Shown piece after piece: positions 54,171 through 63,115 of a stretch of DNA of 64,000 nucleotides. Each line of letters begins with the position of its first letter. Within the stretch, counting starts at the first letter, position 1. The position numbers were made by a program, and so were the translations under genes. Below the pieces are notes generated by a model, which saw only the letters and a program-made list of their open reading frames with translations, was not told the DNA's origin and did no database searches. This stretch comes from an uncultured Chitinophaga sp. (GTDB lineage: Bacteria; Bacteroidota; Bacteroidia; Chitinophagales; LD1), in NCBI GenBank assembly GCA_964615305.1, contig CAZTNA010000011.1:13023-77022 (forward strand), read 5' to 3'.

Positions 54171-56069
54171 ATGAAAAAAACCTTTACCTTTCTTATCATC
54201 TTAGTTATTGGTGTGATCTTTGTCTTTGCTCAAGCTGTTTCATCTGCTGATGAGCAAAACAACCAAGCCGAAACTATGCTGAATCAAAATCCAGCTGAAA
54301 GCTATAAACTGGCCGAAGCGTCAAAAAATACAGCTGAGTCTGAAGGAAACAAAAAAGCACAGGCACGATCATTAGCATTAATGGGTGTGGCTAAATATAA
54401 AGTAGATGATTATACCAAAGCGAAAATACTCATCAATCAGGCGGTAGCACTAAGCGAACAATCGGCAGATTCATCAAATTTAGCTTTTGCCAAGTACTGG
54501 CTGGCTAATGTAGAGCTAAACCAAGGGCAATATACCAAGGCACTAGAACTATATCAGGCGGCTTACTCAACTGCCACCAGAATAAATGACAAGAAAAATA
54601 TTGCCCGTGCATTAGATGGCAAAGCCACCATTTACGAATCGTTAGGTGAAAACGAAAAAGCCCGCGAGTTTTATGAGCAATCTTTACAGGCCGCTAAAGA
54701 TGTTGACTTTAAAGAGTGGTATGGCGGCATTACCTTTTCGTTAGGAAACTACGCCTACAGAAAAGGAAACCTTGATGGTGCTATTGCCAAATACCATGAA
54801 GCCATTCAACAGAGTGAAATCACTAATAATTTAAACAACAAAGCAAACTGCTACCAGCAATTGGCTTCTGTGTATTACGACAAAAAAGATTCGCGAGAGG
54901 CTATGAAATATGTTCAACAAGCCATGGATTTGTTTCAGCAAACCGGCTCTATGTCATCATTTAGTCACAGCCGCCTGCTGATGAGTACCATCTTACTGAG
55001 CGATCGTGAATATGATTTAAGTATTGATTTAGCCCGCATGAGTTTAGATGAAGGGAAAGCCAATGGCGAAACCGGTTTGCAAAAAAATTCAGCTTATGTA
55101 TTGTACTACGCCTATGTAGGCAAGGGCGACAAAGCCAAAGCACTACAATATCATGAAATGTACCATGAACTTTCAGAGGCAGAACACAATCAGGACTTAG
55201 GAAAGAAGTTGACACAAATGGAACTGCAGGCTAACTTTGAAAAAGAAAGGGCCATTGCCAAAGCAGTTCAGGAAAAAGAAAAAGCAGAAATAAACGCTCA
55301 ACTAGAGCAGCAAAAACTGGTAAAGAAAGCATCATTTATAGGCATTGGTTTGCTGGCAGTAATTGCCGGGCTTGCCATTTTTGCTTTTGTTCAAAAAAGG
55401 AAAGACAACCAACTGATAGCCGCAGAAAAAAGAAAATCTGACGATTTGCTTTTGAACATTTTGCCTGCTGAGGTAGCGCATGAGTTAAAAGAAAGCGGAC
55501 ATTCAAAAGCTAAAAACTATGACCGCGCTACAGTGCTTTTTGCCGATATAAAAAACTTTACCGGTGCTGCAGAACGCCTTACGCCAGATCAGTTAGTAGC
55601 GGAGATTGATTTTTATTTCAAAAATTTTGACGAAATAACATCGAAGTATAAAATAGAGAAAATAAAGACTATTGGCGATGCGTACCTCTGCGTTGGCGGG
55701 CTACCTATAGCTGATCACGACAATGCATTTTATGTAGTAAGCGCTGCCCTAGAGATTCAGCAATTTATGTTGAAGGTGAAAGAAGAGAAAACACGTAAGG
55801 GCGAAATATTTTTTGAATTGCGCATAGGCATACATACCGGCCCGTTGATAGCGGGTATAGTAGGTTTGCGAAAATTTGCCTACGACATTTGGGGCGATAC
55901 GGTAAACGTAGCTGCCCGCATGGAGCAACATGGCGAAGAGGGAAAGATCAACATCTCGGGATCAACACATGATTTAATACAAGAAAGGTTCCGTTGTACT
56001 TACAGAGGAAAAATTGAAGCTAAAAACAAAGGGCAGATTGATATGTACTTCGTAGAGGGAGTGGCTTAA
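54171..56069 (+). CDS. Class III adenylate/guanylate cyclase with signal peptide, TPR repeats and a single TM
   Basis: ATVLFADIKNFTGAAE, KIKTIGDAYLCVGGLP and RIGIHTGPLIAGIVG..KFAYDIWGDTVNVAARME. TM segment: ASFIGIGLLAVIAGLAIFAFV. Confidence 0.9.
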   Translation: MKKTFTFLIILVIGVIFVFAQAVSSADEQNNQAETMLNQNPAESYKLAEASKNTAESEGNKKAQARSLALMGVAKYKVDDYTKAKILINQAVALSEQSADSSNLAFAKYWLANVELNQGQYTKALELYQAAYSTATRINDKKNIARALDGKATIYESLGENEKAREFYEQSLQAAKDVDFKEWYGGITFSLGNYAYRKGNLDGAIAKYHEAIQQSEITNNLNNKANCYQQLASVYYDKKDSREAMKYVQQAMDLFQQTGSMSSFSHSRLLMSTILLSDREYDLSIDLARMSLDEGKANGETGLQKNSAYVLYYAYVGKGDKAKALQYHEMYHELSEAEHNQDLGKKLTQMELQANFEKERAIAKAVQEKEKAEINAQLEQQKLVKKASFIGIGLLAVIAGLAIFAFVQKRKDNQLIAAEKRKSDDLLLNILPAEVAHELKESGHSKAKNYDRATVLFADIKNFTGAAERLTPDQLVAEIDFYFKNFDEITSKYKIEKIKTIGDAYLCVGGLPIADHDNAFYVVSAALEIQQFMLKVKEEKTRKGEIFFELRIGIHTGPLIAGIVGLRKFAYDIWGDTVNVAARMEQHGEEGKINISGSTHDLIQERFRCTYRGKIEAKNKGQIDMYFVEGVA

Positions 56070-56137
56070 AAAAGGCAGATTAATGATTTCGTTTTTCGCT
56101 ACTGATAATTTTTAAATTTGGTTTAACAGCAATAATA

Positions 56138-57427
56138 ATGCGTAGCTCATACTTGCTTTTTTTCTTACTGTTTTGGGGTGTGGCACTAGCTAATGCACAG
56201 TCGGCTTCTGATGCAAAATCTAAGCAACTGGAAGAAATGCGAAAGCTGAAACAGCAAATGATAGAAGAGCAAAAAAGCATTCAACAACAGAGTGAGTGGA
56301 ACAACCAAAGTTCGCAACAGGAGATTAAAAAGCTGAATCAGGAAAACCAACAAAAGAATTTTGAAATAGCTGCCAGCCGACAGGAGGCAACCAAAGCAAA
56401 ATCAGAATCAGCAAGGGCAAAAGCCGAATTGGAACAAAAACAACGTGAACTGAACGAAACGCAAATTAAAATTGACAGCGCCAAGCAACTGCTTCTGCAA
56501 ACCGAAGAAATGCTGATGACCAGCGAAATGCAGAAACGAAGAATTCAGGAACGCCTGCAATTTCAGGAAGACAGTGTAAAAATTTTACGAAAAGAACAAC
56601 AAGTGCAGGAACTGGAGTTAAAAGCTTCAGAGTTAGAATTAGATGCACAAAAAGCCAAAAACAACTTGTACATAGTAGTGGCTGCTATTTCTCTTAGTCT
56701 GCTTTCTGTTATTGGGGTTTTGTTTATAGCGCGACAGAAAACATTGCGTGAGTTGGCTGATAAAAACAAAATAATACATGAAGAGAAAAAGAAAAGCGAT
56801 GATCTGCTGTTGAATATTTTGCCAGAGGAAGTAATGCATGAATTAAAGGCACATGGCAAAACTCAGGCACGAAACTATTCTAAAGCAACTGTCTTGTTTG
56901 CCGATATCCGCGACTTTACAAGCATAAGCGAACGACTAACTCCAGATGATCTGATAGAGGGCCTTGATGCTTACTTTGAATGTTTTGACACGGTGATTGA
57001 AAAATACGACATAGAAAAGATTAAAACAATTGGTGATGCATACGTGTGTGCCGGGGGAGTACCCACCAAAAGCGAAGGCAACCCCCATTTAGTGGTACAG
57101 GCAGCATTAGATTTTATAAAAGAAATAGAACGGTTACGGGTAGTTCGTTTGGCTGCTGGTAAGGTTCCTTTTGATTTCCGTATCGGAATACATACCGGAC
57201 AACTGGTGGCTGGCGTAATAGGAGTTCGTAAATTTGCGTATGATATTTGGGGCGATACCGTTAACATGGCGGCCCGAATGCAACAGGCGGGTGAAGCAGG
57301 AAAAATTAATATATCGGGTACTACGTATGAATTGGTAAAAGATAAATTTGCGTGCGTACACCGTGGAAAAATTGAAGCTAAAAACAAAGGTGAACTGGAT
57401 ATGTATTTTGTGGAGAAGGCCATCTAA
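56138..57427 (+). CDS. Class III adenylate/guanylate cyclase with signal peptide, Gln/Glu-rich coiled coil and a single TM
   Basis: ATVLFADIRDFTSISE, KIKTIGDAYVCAGGVP and RIGIHTGQLVAGVIG..KFAYDIWGDTVNMAARMQ. TM segment: LYIVVAAISLSLLSVIGVLFIA. Confidence 0.9.
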   Translation: MRSSYLLFFLLFWGVALANAQSASDAKSKQLEEMRKLKQQMIEEQKSIQQQSEWNNQSSQQEIKKLNQENQQKNFEIAASRQEATKAKSESARAKAELEQKQRELNETQIKIDSAKQLLLQTEEMLMTSEMQKRRIQERLQFQEDSVKILRKEQQVQELELKASELELDAQKAKNNLYIVVAAISLSLLSVIGVLFIARQKTLRELADKNKIIHEEKKKSDDLLLNILPEEVMHELKAHGKTQARNYSKATVLFADIRDFTSISERLTPDDLIEGLDAYFECFDTVIEKYDIEKIKTIGDAYVCAGGVPTKSEGNPHLVVQAALDFIKEIERLRVVRLAAGKVPFDFRIGIHTGQLVAGVIGVRKFAYDIWGDTVNMAARMQQAGEAGKINISGTTYELVKDKFACVHRGKIEAKNKGELDMYFVEKAI

Positions 57428-57458
57428 TAAGAAGTGATATAGGAAACCCGGAAGCATA

Positions 57459-58049
57459 ATGAAGAATTTTAAAGAAGTAGAACAACATATTATCGGCACA
57501 TTAAAACGTGATTTGCCGAACAATCTTTACTATCATGGTTTGCACCACACTATGGATGTGTTGCGTTCAGCCGAAATGATAGGTGCCGATGAAAAAATCA
57601 ACGCTGAAGAAATGTTGTTGCTTAAAGTTGCAGTTCTATATCACGATGCAGGGTTTACGAAAGTATATAGAAATCACGAAGAGGTAGGCTGCGATATGGC
57701 GCGGAAAGACTTGCCTGGCTTTGGCTTTAGCACCAAAGAGATTGAAATTATATGTGGCATGATAATGGCCACTAAAATTCCGCAAACACCTACAACAAAA
57801 CTGGAGGAGATTATTGCCGATGCTGACTTAGAATATTTGGGCACCGATGATTTTGAAAGAATTGGCAACACTTTGTTTGAGGAAATAAAGCTTTACCTGA
57901 ATGTAGAAAGTGAACGACAGTGGAATATTATTCAGCTTAACTTTTTGAAAACCCACCGCTACTTCACTAATTTTTGTATCAAAAACCGTGTAGCAAAAAA
58001 GAAACAAAACATGGAAGCGGTACGCAAGGTAGTAGAAGCGTACAATTAA
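57459..58049 (+). CDS. HD-domain metal-dependent phosphohydrolase
   Basis: YHGLHHTMDVL...VAVLYHDAGF (H..HD pattern). Confidence 0.75.
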   Translation: MKNFKEVEQHIIGTLKRDLPNNLYYHGLHHTMDVLRSAEMIGADEKINAEEMLLLKVAVLYHDAGFTKVYRNHEEVGCDMARKDLPGFGFSTKEIEIICGMIMATKIPQTPTTKLEEIIADADLEYLGTDDFERIGNTLFEEIKLYLNVESERQWNIIQLNFLKTHRYFTNFCIKNRVAKKKQNMEAVRKVVEAYN

Positions 58050-58519
58050 TCTTCTCTCTTCTTTATTGATTTTTCGTTTTGTGCTTTAAGCCGTCTGCAA
58101 AGTGTTTTAATAATTCCTTTGGCTACTTCTATTCGGCTTTCCATTAGCTCGTAAAAGGGTTCCTGATCAATTTTTAGTAAAAGAGTTTCTGTGTTAGCGG
58201 TGGCACTTGCTGAACGGGTGTCAGTATCTAAAAGAGACAGCTCACCAAAAAAATCATTCTCTTTTAGCACAGCAAAGGTGTGTTCGCCTTTGTGAATTTT
58301 TACCTCGCCTTTAAAAATAATATACATGCAGTGCCCTTCATCGCCTGTCTTAAAAACATTCTGTTCTTTTTCAAACTCTTGTTCTACGAGGATTTCGGCT
58401 AGCTCAGCCAAAATGGTTTCGGGGGTTTCTTCAAAAAGCGATAGCGACTTAAGGAGAAGCACTTTCTCTATGAGAAGTAATCGTTGTTCGTGGATGTGGT
58501 GGGTGGTGGACATAATCAA
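58046..58519 (-). CDS. Stand-alone cyclic nucleotide-binding (CAP effector-domain) protein
   Basis: GDEGHCMYIIFKGEVKI...FFGELSLLDTDTRSASATA is the cNMP-binding cassette. There is no output domain. Confidence 0.85.
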   Translation of the reverse strand: MIMSTTHHIHEQRLLLIEKVLLLKSLSLFEETPETILAELAEILVEQEFEKEQNVFKTGDEGHCMYIIFKGEVKIHKGEHTFAVLKENDFFGELSLLDTDTRSASATANTETLLLKIDQEPFYELMESRIEVAKGIIKTLCRRLKAQNEKSIKKRED

Positions 58520-61278
58520 CTCATTTCGGCTAAAATTTTTTCCGCTGTTTCTTTCAGCAATATATCATTTTCAGCTACGGCTTTTTGGAGCCATGTTCTT
58601 TTATGTACTCCTGTATAAAAAATGGATGAGTGAAGCGCGGCTGCTTTAGTCCAGCGGTGGTAGTGATGGTGGTGATCGTTTAATACATTATCCATAACTT
58701 TTTCGTAAGTAAGGGTTTCTTTCTGTTGTGCCTGTAGCGTCATACATTTATCAGACACTAATCCCGGCTCAAAAATACGATTGAACTTTAATGAAATTTC
58801 TTTGGGCACTTCAATTTCAATTACTTCAAGCGCATTGGCAATGCCTTCTCTTTTTTTCATGTTAAATGCGTTTTTGGCTTTAAGCATTTTTTCGCGGTCG
58901 TAAACAAATGAAAACAACAGAAGCAATGAGTCGCGAATTTCAGTCAGCTCTAAATGGAGTGCGTCCACCAAAATTTTGGCGGTGGCAATTTTTTCGGTTT
59001 CGCGTATCATGAAAAGAATTTTGGCAGACGCTGCCAGATAATGGTTCATTAAGTCAACGTGCTGGGCTTTGTTGTGTGGCTTAAGTTTAAACTGACATAA
59101 ATGCAAAGCATGAAAAATATCATATCGAAGATCTCGTGTTTTCCAAACCAGTTCATCGAGAATCTGCGCTGCATTTTCGGTTCCAATGCGGCCGCAAAGC
59201 AAAACAAGTTTAGTTTGTTGTTGCCGCGATAGCTTTACGTGGGTAAGCGTAAGTTTGATTTCCCGGAGAGACACATCGCCAGCTTCGTAAAAAGTATCGA
59301 GCACCAGTTTCTCGTTTTTTTTCTGCAAAAACATTTGCATGAGTGCCGGCATAAGTTTTTCATTTCGCACTTTACCGGCCGCAATTATAGATGCATTTAC
59401 TACCTCCCTATGAGGGTCTTTTAATAAATCAAGAAGTGGTTTGTAAAACGATTGTACCCCCAACTCACCTATTATTTCGGCAGCCATTTTTCTTTCCTGT
59501 GCTTCTACTGAGTTAATTAACTGCAACAAACGCTGCCCTGCTGTAACCACAGCGCTTATTCCACCACTTGTCATAAGGCCGGTAATGGCTGATTTCATCA
59601 GCCGGTGGTCGGTATCAGCCACAAATGCGTCTAAGTTTTCTAACTCATCGGGCTGCAGCATGCACTTAGCTTTTACAGCCTCGGGTAATATTACTGTATC
59701 GGTACGCTCTCGAATTATCTGTTCTATGTACGGCAGAGCAGCAACAATTTTTTTTCGCTCTGAAAGTTTAATGGCTTCCATTCTCACTTCAGGCTTAGCA
59801 TGACTGAGCGCCCGCAATACTATCTCTTCTTTGTCATCAGCATATTGTTTTTCAATTAGGTTTAGAATGTAAATAGCTTCGCCCCGTTCGCCCGAAGAAA
59901 TCTTATCGAGCAACACCTGTTGTGTTTTTCCGTTGGTTAAATCTATCTCGTTGCCTACCGAATAGCGTTTGTTCAGCGCTGTAACTAATGTGTTTACATA
60001 TTCTTTATCTACCCAAAAAACAATAACCACCCATACAATGAGCAATGTAAAAATGAGGTAGCTAAGCATGAACAAATCAACCTTACCCGATAGTTTGAGT
60101 ACCGTAAAAAGTAAAAAACCGCTAAACACTAATGCAAATGGATCCATTACACCTTTTACAATGGTATGCCCGCGTAATCGCAGGTGAGTTGACAAGGGCT
60201 GCATGAGCGAGAGAAAGATGGGGTCCTGCAAACTTGTTTTTAAAACTTCTGTTATGATGGCCATTAAGCCAAATACATAAACTACAGTGTGGTGATTGTG
60301 ACTAAATAACGAAAGCAGAATAATGCTTATGAGAAAAACAAAAAGAATAACAGGGCTGATAAGCAGTGAGCCTTTGGTGCCTAAAACATTGGCAAGGCGA
60401 CCGGCTAAAACTATACGAACAAAAATAGCAAACACCCTTCCGCTGGCATAAAAAATGGAAATGAAGCTTGCCAGTTGCTTATCGCTGTGCATTTCATGCT
60501 TTATTTCGGCATAAAACGAAAAGCTGATAATAGTAACACATGTAACCACTATAAAGGAGAGAATAGCCACAAAAGCAATCATTCGATTGCCGAAAAAACT
60601 CTTTACAATATCTGACAAATTTTCTGTAGCGTGTGTGGTGTGTGCATGGTGTGTGTTTTCGTGTTCAACTTTTACATCCATATCACCAGCTTTGCGCAAC
60701 CGCATGTAAAACACCAGAGAAATTAAAATGGAAACAGCCGAAACCACCAACATGTTTTGGCTCGAAAAAATTTTAACCAAAAATGGAACTGCCGAATAAC
60801 CAATCAATTTAGCAGGTATATCGCCCGCGCCAATCATGCCAAAGAGGCGTTTGCTTTGACGTATATCAAATTGTAAAGCTGCTAACCCCCAAAACTCAAG
60901 ATTGGTTAAAAGATAAATAACATAATACCAGGCCAGCAATCCGAAAAGATAATACGATTGATTGCTTTCGGTATAAAGCCCTCTAAATACCAATACACTA
61001 GCCGCAACAAAACTGATGATGAGCGGCACCAGTTTTTTCATGGGTAAGGCATGCTCTACTTTGCTGTAAACGAAACCTGTTACCCAAAGTAATACACCGG
61101 CAAACAGATATACTTTGGGTAGGGCTAGTGCATCGAAATACTGTATAAAAAGTGCAAGTGCAACTGAGTTAAAAATTGCTACTCCCACACCCTGAAAAAA
61201 CTGTAGCCAAAAAAGGTTGGTTACCAACCATGCTTCATTTGTGCGGATATTAAATAGCTGAAGCAGGCGGTTTTTCAT
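58516..61278 (-). CDS. TLC (ATP/ADP translocase, Npt)-like polytopic permease fused to a C-terminal HEAT-repeat domain
   Basis: About 11-12 TM segments. LEFWGLAALQFDIRQSKRLFGMIGAGDIPAKLIGY resembles the TLC-family FW.fan.i....AKRfY.l.g.g block. The C-terminal ~480 aa are helical repeats (e.g. HAKPEVRMEAIKL, DPHREVVNASIIAAG). 4-nt overlap with the downstream cNMP-binding gene. Confidence 0.7.
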   Translation of the reverse strand: MKNRLLQLFNIRTNEAWLVTNLFWLQFFQGVGVAIFNSVALALFIQYFDALALPKVYLFAGVLLWVTGFVYSKVEHALPMKKLVPLIISFVAASVLVFRGLYTESNQSYYLFGLLAWYYVIYLLTNLEFWGLAALQFDIRQSKRLFGMIGAGDIPAKLIGYSAVPFLVKIFSSQNMLVVSAVSILISLVFYMRLRKAGDMDVKVEHENTHHAHTTHATENLSDIVKSFFGNRMIAFVAILSFIVVTCVTIISFSFYAEIKHEMHSDKQLASFISIFYASGRVFAIFVRIVLAGRLANVLGTKGSLLISPVILFVFLISIILLSLFSHNHHTVVYVFGLMAIITEVLKTSLQDPIFLSLMQPLSTHLRLRGHTIVKGVMDPFALVFSGFLLFTVLKLSGKVDLFMLSYLIFTLLIVWVVIVFWVDKEYVNTLVTALNKRYSVGNEIDLTNGKTQQVLLDKISSGERGEAIYILNLIEKQYADDKEEIVLRALSHAKPEVRMEAIKLSERKKIVAALPYIEQIIRERTDTVILPEAVKAKCMLQPDELENLDAFVADTDHRLMKSAITGLMTSGGISAVVTAGQRLLQLINSVEAQERKMAAEIIGELGVQSFYKPLLDLLKDPHREVVNASIIAAGKVRNEKLMPALMQMFLQKKNEKLVLDTFYEAGDVSLREIKLTLTHVKLSRQQQTKLVLLCGRIGTENAAQILDELVWKTRDLRYDIFHALHLCQFKLKPHNKAQHVDLMNHYLAASAKILFMIRETEKIATAKILVDALHLELTEIRDSLLLLFSFVYDREKMLKAKNAFNMKKREGIANALEVIEIEVPKEISLKFNRIFEPGLVSDKCMTLQAQQKETLTYEKVMDNVLNDHHHHYHRWTKAAALHSSIFYTGVHKRTWLQKAVAENDILLKETAEKILAEMS

Positions 61279-61327
61279 GTAGTGCTGTGATAGCTAATAT
61301 AATTTTTTTGTAAGTAGCATAAAAGCA

Positions 61328-61359
61328 AAAGCCGCTCAGCTAATTTGCAGAACGGCTTT
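61328..61359 (-). terminator. Possible terminator of the 77-aa gene (minus strand)
   Basis: AAAGCCG / CGGCTTT arms with an 18-nt loop, followed by TGCTTTT on the minus strand. The stem is weak. Confidence 0.35.
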
Positions 61360-61384
61360 CTAATTTATACCAACAAAAACAATC

Positions 61385-61618
61385 TTAGCCTTTAATATGC
61401 GGATTGCTTTCTTTAGCTAAAAAGAAAAAAGCCAAACCAACAGTAAGCAACAATATGCCTGCCACTAAAGGTATCATGTGACCTGTCTGAAACATACTCA
61501 TTTGCAGTTTGGGGTCATTATACTCTAAATTGTAAGATGAGTTTTGTAGTACAAAAACATAGTAGAAAGTCATTAAACCGCCTACAATGGTGCAAATACC
61601 TGCTATAACCTTGCTCAT
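61385..61618 (-). CDS. 77-aa small membrane protein (2 TM)
   Basis: VIAGICTIVGGLMTFYYVFVL and IPLVAGILLLTVGLAFFFLA. Confidence 0.5.
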   Translation of the reverse strand: MSKVIAGICTIVGGLMTFYYVFVLQNSSYNLEYNDPKLQMSMFQTGHMIPLVAGILLLTVGLAFFFLAKESNPHIKG

Positions 61619-61727
61619 AATTACTTATTTAATTTTTTGTTGGGGCGAATGTAACTGAAAATGAGAAAGTGCAAAATGAGTTTTGCTGCAAGTAAAGCTG
61701 TGTAGCTTCTTTCCCAGATTGTTGTTT

Positions 61728-62963
61728 CTATGATTTTCTGAAAACCACAATTCTGTTTGTATTGGTGCCTGAATGATTGTTGTTTACTCCCCAAATATTG
61801 GCGGTTTTGGTAAACTGTTGTTGATTAATAACTACTGCCTCGCACTTAAACCCGGCAGCTAAACCCAACGGCACTACCGCTCCTTCAAGTTTTACTTTCC
61901 CATGTTTCACTTCGCCCACCTCAAATGCAACAATACCGTTTGGTTTGGTAATACGGTAAAGTTCATAAAACACCTGCTGCATTTTTGCTGACCATTCTGC
62001 AACGGTTCTGCTCATGGTAATATTTGCGGCAACACGTTTAACGTCAATATCATTGAACCAGCAGCGCAACCAATTGTCATCGGCATATTGCACAACATCT
62101 AAAAATGGTGGCGATGTTACAGTAAGTGAAACTGCACCGGACTTAATTGCTTTGGTATGAGCAGCATCGTCATTCAAAAACTGAACATCTGGTGTAAATC
62201 CGTTGTTCTCAATGTCTCTAAACAATGCCACCGACTTTTTGAGAATCAGTTTTTTCACGTCCCGATACTTCGGTTGTTGTTTTCTCTGCGCATTTATTTT
62301 TTGCTGGCGTGCTGCACTCACAGCTTGGTTTGGTGGCATGGTATATACTGAAAAAAAACCTTTCGAATGACCTGTTAGCCGATTTGTGGCAACCATTCTT
62401 ATCCATTGATCAACCCTATCCAGTGTTCCTGACTTGTGTTTTTGAATAAAGTAATTTCTCAGCGAAACAATTTCACCTAGTGTTTGTTCTTGAAAAAACA
62501 TATCTAGGTTAATATCTGATATGAGGTTCTGCTTAAACTCAATTTGATTAAGCCGGGCGCTCACTTGGTTCAAATCTGGTGGAGCTATTCGCGGAAGTGT
62601 GAGTATTGCACTTAGGGGGTTTACGTCATTGGCAATAACGTTTCGTTTGTTTAGTGCTGCTTCTACCGCTGTGGTTCCCCTACCGTTAAACGGGTCGTAA
62701 ACAACATCGCCCTGCTTTGTAAAAAGCTGAATAAAAAAATTTGGCAACTGGGGCTTAAAACAAGCTCTGTACGAAACTTCGTGAATTGAGTTTGCCTGCC
62801 TTTGTTGTGCTGTCCAGTATTCATTAATAAAAACGGGATACAAAACGCCATTTATTTCTATGTTTTCGCACAGCGTGCTATCGCTATCTGCGTGTAACCG
62901 GAAACCTCTTAGGTATTTATGAAAGTCTGTGGGTGTCAACCTGATTATACTTTGGGTGTGCAA
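61728..62963 (-). CDS. Site-specific DNA methyltransferase (N4-cytosine or N6-adenine), motif order I ... IV, with no adjacent restriction gene
   Basis: Motif I is VYDPFNGRGTTAVEA (aa ~90). Motif IV is VTSPPFLDV (aa ~285). About 195 aa between them could hold a target-recognition domain. Confidence 0.8.
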   Translation of the reverse strand: MHTQSIIRLTPTDFHKYLRGFRLHADSDSTLCENIEINGVLYPVFINEYWTAQQRQANSIHEVSYRACFKPQLPNFFIQLFTKQGDVVYDPFNGRGTTAVEAALNKRNVIANDVNPLSAILTLPRIAPPDLNQVSARLNQIEFKQNLISDINLDMFFQEQTLGEIVSLRNYFIQKHKSGTLDRVDQWIRMVATNRLTGHSKGFFSVYTMPPNQAVSAARQQKINAQRKQQPKYRDVKKLILKKSVALFRDIENNGFTPDVQFLNDDAAHTKAIKSGAVSLTVTSPPFLDVVQYADDNWLRCWFNDIDVKRVAANITMSRTVAEWSAKMQQVFYELYRITKPNGIVAFEVGEVKHGKVKLEGAVVPLGLAAGFKCEAVVINQQQFTKTANIWGVNNNHSGTNTNRIVVFRKS

Positions 62964-63115
62964 TATGAGAAAACTGATAAAAAATCAAGCGGCTTGATTG
63001 TAGGTCTTTCACTGCTTTCACCTCTCAACTGCTTTGCTACTTTTGCCGCCTCAAAAAATTTTACCCAATGGCTACAATAAAGAATTTGGTTAAGTTTGCC
63101 GCCAAATTTTTAAAC

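Noticed and set aside
54171-61278. Interpretation of the cyclase / cNMP-binding cluster as a Pycsar- or CBASS-type anti-phage system
   Set aside because: The cyclases are large receptor-type class III enzymes with exported sensor domains, not compact PycC/CD-NTase enzymes. The reader lacks a toxic effector domain, and the locus lies in core-like DNA. I kept it as a signalling neighbourhood only.
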